A stretch of DNA of 32,000 nucleotides from Kiritimatiella glycovorans (GTDB lineage: Bacteria; Verrucomicrobiota; Kiritimatiellia; Kiritimatiellales; Kiritimatiellaceae). Below the pieces are notes generated by a model. That model was not told the origin of the DNA and did no database searches. It saw only the letters and a program-made list of their open reading frames with translations. Positions 26,950-32,000 of this stretch are shown in pieces. Made by a program: the position numbers and the translations under genes. Position 1 is the first letter of the stretch. Each line of letters begins with the position of its first letter. The DNA lies in contig NZ_CP010904.1 of assembly GCF_001017655.1 (NCBI RefSeq), positions 1,200,001 through 1,232,000 of the forward strand. The letters run 5' to 3'.

Positions 26950-27854
26950 CAGGAGTTGCCGCCGCTTTGCAGTTCCGCCCCCGTCAGGCGCCGGTAGGCC
27001 TCGAGGTATTTCTCGCGGGTCTTGCGGACAATCTCTTCGGGAAGCTCCGGCGCCGGCGGGGTCTTGTCCCAGTCCAGGCACTCGAGATAATCGCGCACGA
27101 ACTGCTTGTCGAAGGAGGGCGGCGACTGGCCCGGCGCGTATTCGTCGGCCGGCCAGAACCGCGAACTGTCCGGCGTGAGCACCTCGTCCACGAGCGTGAG
27201 CTTGCCCTCGATCAGTCCGAACTCGAATTTCGTGTCGGCGATAATGATCCCGCGCTCCCGCGCGTAGTCGGCGGCCCGCTCGTAGAGATTCATGCTGGCG
27301 CGCATGACTTCCTCCGCCCGTTCGGGGCCGATGATTTCGCGCATCTGCTCGACGGAGATGTTCTCGTCGTGGCCCTCTTCGGCCTTGGTCGAAGGCGTGA
27401 AGATGGTTTCGTCCAGCCGGTCGGCCTGGCGGTATCCGTCGCGCAGCGGCATGCCTCCGATCGTGCCCTGACGCTGATACTCTTTCCAGCCGGACCCCAC
27501 GAGGTATCCGCGCACGATACACTCGACCGGCAGCAGCTCGGCCTTGCGCACGAGCATCGAACGCCCGGCGAGCAGATCGCGGTGCGCCGCGAGTTCCTCG
27601 GGATACTCGTCGGGGTTGCAGGTGATGAGGTGATGATCGACGACGTCGCGGAGCTTATCGAACCAGAAGGCGGAGATCGAGTTGAGCACCACGCCCTTGT
27701 CGGGGATGCCGTTCGGCATTACGCAGTCGAAGGCCGAAATGCGGTCGGAGGCGACAAACAGAAAGCAGTCACCGAAATCGAAAATGTCGCGGACCTTGCC
27801 TGACTTCCAGACGGGGATGCCGGGGATCTGAACCTGCGTGACCGGAGTGCTCAT
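26949..27854 (-). CDS. purC: phosphoribosylaminoimidazole-succinocarboxamide (SAICAR) synthase
   Basis: WKSGKVRDIFDFGD, LFVASDRISAFD, VECIVRGYLVGSGWKEY, IIADTKFEFG and EVLTPDSSRFW. A perfect AAGGAGGT SD lies upstream of ATG 27854. The in-frame extension to 28109 was rejected. Confidence 0.95.
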   Translation of the reverse strand: MSTPVTQVQIPGIPVWKSGKVRDIFDFGDCFLFVASDRISAFDCVMPNGIPDKGVVLNSISAFWFDKLRDVVDHHLITCNPDEYPEELAAHRDLLAGRSMLVRKAELLPVECIVRGYLVGSGWKEYQRQGTIGGMPLRDGYRQADRLDETIFTPSTKAEEGHDENISVEQMREIIGPERAEEVMRASMNLYERAADYARERGIIIADTKFEFGLIEGKLTLVDEVLTPDSSRFWPADEYAPGQSPPSFDKQFVRDYLECLDWDKTPPAPELPEEIVRKTREKYLEAYRRLTGAELQSGGNS

Positions 27855-28190
27855 GAATACCTCCTTGTTTCGGTCATAATTTAAGTCCCGTGTTCCAGAT
27901 TTCAAGCAAAAGAGCGGCGAAGTGACAGGGGCCGGATTGATAACCATTGAAGTCTGTTCGGCAACAGGAGCAGGCTTTCCTCGAAGAGGGCGGTCTGCGG
28001 GAGCGTATGACACGCGCGCGGCTTGATCGCCGCGACGAACAACGAAGGGCTGCCCGATGACCGCAAGCCGTTGAATGCCGCGGTGGGTCTGTAGTGCGAA
28101 TTTGTGCATCAGGCGCGGCGCATAGATAGATTTTATTCAGTATCCCATTCGCGCGTATTCGCATTCATTCGCGGTGCAGGAAGCTGGTTC

Positions 28191-28274
28191 TGCCCGGGGC
28201 GGGATTCGAACCCGCACTTCCATACGGAAAACGGATTTTAAGTCCGTTGCGTCTACCGATTCCGCCACCCGGGC
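28191..28274 (-). tRNA. tRNA-Leu (anticodon UAA), class II tRNA with a long variable arm; no encoded CCA
   Basis: The minus strand reads GCCCGGGTGGCGGAATCGGTAGACGCAACGGACTTAAAATCCGTTTTCCGTATGGAAGTGCGGGTTCGAATCCCGCCCCGGGCA. The acceptor stem is GCCCGGG/CCCGGGC, the anticodon loop is CT-TAA-AA, the variable stem is TTCC/GGAA and the T arm is GCGGG-TTCGAAT-CCCGC. It is close to E. coli tRNA-Leu(UAA) as I recall it. Confidence 0.93.
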
Positions 28275-28298
28275 GCAGGCTTCAAGCGGTGCGCCTAC

Positions 28299-28327
28299 AC
28301 CATAGGACAGGCGGTCCCTCCGGGCAA
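28299..28327 (-). promoter_or_regulatory. sigma70-like promoter candidate for tRNA-Leu
   Basis: On the minus strand: TTGCCC (28327-28322), a 17-nt spacer, then TATGGT (28304-28299). The -10 element ends 24 nt upstream of the mature tRNA 5' end. Confidence 0.35.
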
Positions 28328-28471
28328 GTTCGAGCGGGCCGCGGTTCTTCGTGGATTTATTTGGAGCGTCGTCCGGGAAAGGACATGAAGGCTGGTTCTT
28401 CGGGAAGAGGAATCGCGATCGGCATCGATCTTCACCGCAGAGATACGACCACGATCGCGGCGCAGGGTAAC

Positions 28472-28500
28472 TTGACCTTGTCAGGGCTCTTCTGTAGCGT
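28472..28500 (+). promoter_or_regulatory. sigma70-like promoter candidate for rpe-lepA
   Basis: TTGACC (28472-28477), a 17-nt spacer, then TAGCGT (28495-28500). A leader hairpin atccgg-tttcaac-ccggat follows. Confidence 0.3.
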
Positions 28501-28554
28501 CATGAGGTTTATCCGGTTTCAACCCGGATGACGTCTCCAACGGTGTGAGCCATC

Positions 28555-29238
28555 ATGACAACCCGACCCGACATCCAGATCATGCCTTCCATCCTCGCCG
28601 CGGACGAGGGTCGCCGCGCGGACGGCTGTCGGCGGGCGGAGGCGGCGGGCGCGGACCAGCTCCATGTCGATATCATGGACGCGCGGTTTGTGCCGAACCT
28701 GAGCATGAGCCCGGCGACGGTCGGGATGGCGCGCGAGGCGGTGTCGATCCCGCTGAACACGCACCTGATGATGATGGAGCCGCAGCACCACATCGACCCC
28801 TTTATCGACGCAGGGACCGACACGCTGCTCATTCATGTCGAGGCGCGCTGCGACTGCGCACGCGAACTGAAACGAATCCGCGACCGCGGCGTGAAGCAGG
28901 GAATCACCCTTAACCCGGAGACGCCGGCGGAGTCCGCCTACGCGCTGTGCGACGCGGGGCTGGTCGAAGAGATCCTCTGCATGACGGTCCATCCGGGATT
29001 CGGGGGACAGTCCTATCTGGAATACGTGGAAACCAAGATGGCCGATCTGCGCCGCCGCTATCCCGGAATCGGCCTCAGTGTCGACGGAGGCATCAACGAC
29101 GAGACGGCGGCTTCCGCGGCGGCCTGCGGCGCCAATCTGCTCGTCGCCGGCAGCCATCTTTTCAAACAGGACGACATGCAGACCGCCGTGGAACGGCTGC
29201 GCCGGGCTGCGCAGGAGGCGTACGGCGCGAATCTCTGA
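28555..29238 (+). CDS. rpe: ribulose-phosphate 3-epimerase
   Basis: IMPSILAAD, LHVDIMDARFVPNLS, THLMMMEP, MTVHPGFGGQSY and LSVDGGIN motifs. Confidence 0.93.
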   Translation: MTTRPDIQIMPSILAADEGRRADGCRRAEAAGADQLHVDIMDARFVPNLSMSPATVGMAREAVSIPLNTHLMMMEPQHHIDPFIDAGTDTLLIHVEARCDCARELKRIRDRGVKQGITLNPETPAESAYALCDAGLVEEILCMTVHPGFGGQSYLEYVETKMADLRRRYPGIGLSVDGGINDETAASAAACGANLLVAGSHLFKQDDMQTAVERLRRAAQEAYGANL

Positions 29239-29247
29239 TACCCACCC

Positions 29248-31059
29248 ATGAGCGATCTTTCCCACATTCGCAACTTCTCGATTATCGCGCACATCGATCA
29301 CGGCAAATCCACGCTCGCCGACCGCATGCTCGAACTGACGCATACGGTCGATGAACGCAAGATGCGCGAACAGGTGCTCGACGCGATGGATCTCGAGCGC
29401 GAACGCGGCATCACGATCAAGACCCACCCCGTGACAATGAAATACAAGGCGCAGGACGGGCACACGTACCGGTTCAACCTGATGGACACGCCGGGGCACG
29501 TCGATTTCTCCTATGAGGTCTCGCGCAGTCTCGCCGCCTGCGAGGGAGTCATCCTCGTGGTCGACGCCGCGCAGGGCGTGGAGGCGCAGACGGTGTCCAA
29601 TGCCTTCCTCGCCGCGGGCGAAAACCTCGTCATCATTCCCGTGCTCAACAAGATCGATCTCCCCAGCGCGCTGACCGAGGAGTCGGCCGCGCAGCTGGAG
29701 GATCTTCTCGCCATCGAGGCCGAAGAGTGCATCCGGGTCAGCGCCAAGACGGGCGGCGGGGTAGGGGAGGTCATGGAACGGATCGTGCGCGACATCCCGC
29801 CGCCGGAGGGGTCGGCCGAGGAGCAGGCCCCGTTTTCGGCGCTGGTGTTCGACTCCAAGTACGACCCGTACCAGGGCGCCGTGGTCTACGTGCGCATTTT
29901 CAACGGCCGGGTGCGGCGCGGCGACCGCATCCGGGCCATGAGCACCGGCCGGGATTACGAAGTGAAAGGCGTGGGCCTGTTTTCGCCGGATCCGCGTCCC
30001 ACCGACGCGCTCTCGGCCGGCGACGTGGGGTATCTGACCGCGAACATCAAGGACGCCTCGGAGATCAGCATCGGGGACACCGTTACGCGCACGAACCGCC
30101 CGGTGGAAAAGCCGCTCCCGGGCTTCCAGGAGATCCACCCGATGGTGTTCGCCGGCGTCTACCCGATGGACACCGCCGACTACGAGAAACTGGGGGCCTC
30201 GCTCGAAAAACTGCGGCTCAACGACAGCGCCTTCAGCTACCAGAACGAGTCCTCGGCCGCGCTGGGACTCGGATACCGCTGCGGTTTTCTCGGACTGCTG
30301 CATATGGAAGTCACCATAGAGCGCCTGCGCCGCGAATTCGATCTGGACATTATCACGACCTATCCCGGCGTCGTGTATCGCGTGCACCTCACGGACGGAC
30401 GGACGCTGGAAATCGACAACCCCGTCCTGTGGCCCGAGACCACCCAGATCGCCTCCGTCGATGAGCCGATGATCAAGGTCTACATTATCTGCCTCAACGA
30501 TCACATCGGCGACATGATGCAGCTCGTGATGGAACGGCGCGGGACCGTGACGCATACGGATACGATCGACGCGAAACGCCTGATGCTCACATGCCGGCTG
30601 CCGCTCAACGAGGTGCTCATCGATTTCTACGACAAGCTCAAGAGCGTCAGCCGCGGCTATTCCTCGATGGACTACGAATACCTCGGTTACGAAGAGGCCG
30701 ACCTGGTTAAGATGGATATTCTCGTGCATGGCGAACCCGTGGACGCGTTCGCGACGATCGTGCATCGCGAAAAGGCGCCGGCGCAGGGACGCAGGATCTG
30801 CCAGGCGCTGAAGGATGTCATTCCGCGCCAGGCCTTTTCCGTCCCGCTGCAGGCGGCGATCAACGGAAACATCGTCGCGCGGGAGACGATCCGCCAGTAC
30901 CGTAAGGACGTAACGGCCAAGTGTTACGGCGGGGACATCACCCGTAAGCGCAAACTGCTGGAGAAACAGAAGGCCGGGAAGAAAAAGATGAAGCAGATCG
31001 GGCAGGTGAGCATCCCGCAGGAAGCCTTTATACGGGTGCTGAAAACGGAGCCGAGTTAG
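29248..31059 (+). CDS. lepA: translation elongation factor 4 (LepA)
   Basis: IRNFSIIAHIDHGKSTLADR, DTPGHVDFSYEVSRSL, NKIDLP, and the LepA-specific C-terminus ...YGGDITRKRKLLEKQKAGKKKMKQIGQVSIPQEAF. Confidence 0.96.
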   Translation: MSDLSHIRNFSIIAHIDHGKSTLADRMLELTHTVDERKMREQVLDAMDLERERGITIKTHPVTMKYKAQDGHTYRFNLMDTPGHVDFSYEVSRSLAACEGVILVVDAAQGVEAQTVSNAFLAAGENLVIIPVLNKIDLPSALTEESAAQLEDLLAIEAEECIRVSAKTGGGVGEVMERIVRDIPPPEGSAEEQAPFSALVFDSKYDPYQGAVVYVRIFNGRVRRGDRIRAMSTGRDYEVKGVGLFSPDPRPTDALSAGDVGYLTANIKDASEISIGDTVTRTNRPVEKPLPGFQEIHPMVFAGVYPMDTADYEKLGASLEKLRLNDSAFSYQNESSAALGLGYRCGFLGLLHMEVTIERLRREFDLDIITTYPGVVYRVHLTDGRTLEIDNPVLWPETTQIASVDEPMIKVYIICLNDHIGDMMQLVMERRGTVTHTDTIDAKRLMLTCRLPLNEVLIDFYDKLKSVSRGYSSMDYEYLGYEEADLVKMDILVHGEPVDAFATIVHREKAPAQGRRICQALKDVIPRQAFSVPLQAAINGNIVARETIRQYRKDVTAKCYGGDITRKRKLLEKQKAGKKKMKQIGQVSIPQEAFIRVLKTEPS

Positions 31060-31082
31060 GGCAGGGGAGTGGGGAAAGCGTG

Positions 31083-31595
31083 GAAATCGGGGGGAGATCG
31101 AGGCAATCGGGAAGAACGTGTCAACGGCCCTTGCGGGCCTCGTGGCAGTCGGGGGATATGTCGTTGCCCCGAGCGCAGCGTTGCCTCGAGGCGCGAAGCG
31201 CCGTTGCACGAGCGAAGCGTTGCCTCGAGGCGCGAAGCGCCGTTGCCCCGAGCGAAGCGTTCTTCTCATCGTGTCAACGGCCCTTGCGGGCCTCGTGGCA
31301 GGCGGGGGATATGTCGTTCCCCCGAGCGAAGCGTTGCCTCGAGGCGCGAAGCGCCGTTGCACGAGCGAAGCGTTCTTCTCATCGTGTCAACGGCCCTTGC
31401 GGGCCTCGTGGCAATCGGGAAGAACGTGTCAACGGCCCTTGCGGGCCTCGTGGCAGGCGGGGGATATGTCGTTCCCCCGAGCGAAGCGTTGTCTCGAGGC
31501 GCGAAGCGCCGTTGCCCCGAGCGCAGCGTTTCCCCGATCGTGACCGTCGGGGGACGGGGAAAAGGATGAAGTCGGGAGAGATCGAGGCAGTCGGG
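31083..31595. repeat. mosaic REP/BIME-like array of hairpin-forming modules between lepA and lepB
   Basis: There are four perfect copies of the 30-mer gtgtcaacggcccttgcgggcctcgtggca (31118, 31271, 31384, 31426). There are four copies of the 25-mer gcctcgaggcgcgaagcgccgttgc (31183, 31222, 31336; 31491 with 1 mismatch). Three copies of g(t/g)cgggggatatgtcgtt(g/c)ccccgagcg(c/a)agcgtt are present. The linkers atcgggaagaac and cttctcatc each occur twice. The array is bracketed by the imperfect direct repeat ..tcggg(g)gagatcgaggca(a/g)tcggg.. at 31083-31110 and 31567-31595. Confidence 0.9.
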
Positions 31596-31621
31596 GCATT
31601 CACCGCAACCGGGGAATCAGC

Positions 31622-32000
31622 ATGAACATTCTGCAGCGACGGCAATGGCGCAAGCGGATCAAAAATCTGCTCAAGGACGCCCGGCATGTGCGCCGGATGC
31701 GCGAGGACGTGGTTGACGCGGAGAAGATCGAGCGACTGAATGCGGCCGCGGACGAACTGCGGCGGCGCGGGTCGGAGAGAGCGTCCCGCGGGGAACTCGA
31801 GCGGGCGTCGGAGGATCTCGGGAAAGCGATGGAGGCGGTATCGCCTGCGCGCTCCGCGCCGAAGCTGCGTGAAAACCTGGAGGTGTTCGTGGTGGCGATC
31901 GCCGCGGCGATGGCCATCCGCGCGTACTTCTTCCAGCCGTTTAAGATACCGACCGGCTCGATGGAGCCGACGCTCAATGGCATCACGGTCGAGGCGAAAG
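31622..32000 (+). CDS. lepB: signal peptidase I, 3'-truncated at the window edge
   Basis: My own translation from ATG 31622 gives MNILQRRQWRKRIKNLLKDARHV...ENLEVFVVAIAAAMAIRAYFFQPFKIPTGSMEPTLNG. The TM segment followed by the IPTGSMEPTL box (catalytic Ser) is diagnostic. It lies downstream of lepA, as in the classical lepA-lepB arrangement. The frame is open to the window end. Confidence 0.88.
   Translation, partial: MNILQRRQWRKRIKNLLKDARHVRRMREDVVDAEKIERLNAAADELRRRGSERASRGELERASEDLGKAMEAVSPARSAPKLRENLEVFVVAIAAAMAIRAYFFQPFKIPTGSMEPTLNGITVEAK

Noticed and set aside
27855-28190. A purine or ZTP (pfl) riboswitch in the purC leader.
   Set aside because: Reading the minus strand, I found neither the purine-riboswitch core nor the ZTP CCGCCTGGGC-type 3' element. 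Only generic pairings are present. The region is kept as a low-interest finding, not as a feature.
28385-28531. A 48-aa ORF (MKAGSSGRGIAIGIDLHRR...) with a GAAAGGA box upstream, lying in the tRNA-rpe spacer.
   Set aside because: Codon position 3 is A/T-rich, unlike all the confident genes. It shows no homology, and it overlaps the predicted rpe promoter and leader hairpin.
28519-31362. Very long antisense ORFs opposite real genes. Examples: 947 aa opposite rpe-lepA, 721 aa at 8205-10370, 700 aa at 10565-12667, 729 aa at 15317-17506, 566 aa at 2299-3999, and 524 aa at 17776-19350.
   Set aside because: This is the typical stop-codon-poor shadow-frame artefact of high-GC genomes. The translations are Arg/Gly/Pro/Ala-rich with no recognisable motifs, whereas the opposite strand encodes unmistakable conserved proteins.
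31100-31530. Possible CRISPR array, suggested by four identical 30-mers.
   Set aside because: The spacing between the 30-mers is irregular (153, 113 and 42 bp). The intervening sequences are themselves repeated modules rather than unique spacers. No cas genes or leader are present.
31069-31625. Three overlapping plus-strand ORFs (166, 181 and 141 aa) across the lepA-lepB repeat array. One ends in a TGA overlapping the lepB ATG.
   Set aside because: All three frames are open only because the repeated GC-rich modules lack stop codons. The peptides are Arg-rich low-complexity repeats. Codon position 3 is much less G/C-biased than in the real genes, and codons rare here (cga, aga, caa, gga) are common. 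The ATGA overlap is noted but is insufficient evidence.

Overview
This is a very GC-rich bacterial chromosome segment (roughly two-thirds G+C by eye, not computed). It consists almost entirely of core housekeeping genes in long, tightly packed operons, many joined by ATGA/GTGA start-stop overlaps.

Gene order:
- 1-5836 (+): the 3' end of a DUF58 gene and a condensed Bat/aerotolerance-type VWA module.
- 5950-15238 (+): trpS-scpA-scpB-pheA-hisC-aroF-tyrA-aroA-cmk::plsC.
- 15329-21120 (+): proS, a small two-TM protein, an HU/IHF gene, hisS and aspS.
- 21176-23968 (-): accA <- LysM/YkuD L,D-transpeptidase <- stand-alone Ser/Thr-kinase-like gene, divergent from a rhomboid protease (24024-24833, +).
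- 25316-28274 (-): rnc <- xerD <- purC <- tRNA-Leu(UAA).
- 28555-32000 (+): rpe, lepA and the 5' end of lepB.

I see no CRISPR array, transposase, phage, toxin-antitoxin or recognisable defence genes, so I do not claim a novel multi-gene system here.

The gene models leave three unrelated, highly structured intergenic repeat regions unexplained:
- A heptamer-in-44-bp tandem array that supplies the hisS stop codon (19098-19299).
- A 350-bp MITE-like insert with 15-bp terminal inverted repeats. It sits inside a 93/105-bp direct duplication that carries a ghost copy of the rnc 3' end (24800-25375).
- A REP/BIME-like mosaic array filling the lepA-lepB spacer (31083-31595).

There are also several architecture oddities: a cmk::plsC fusion, a kinase-like protein that appears to lack the beta3 Lys and alphaC Glu, fused Bat proteins, and a mini-HlyD-like membrane protein.

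All homology statements come from reading the translations by eye. No database search was run.
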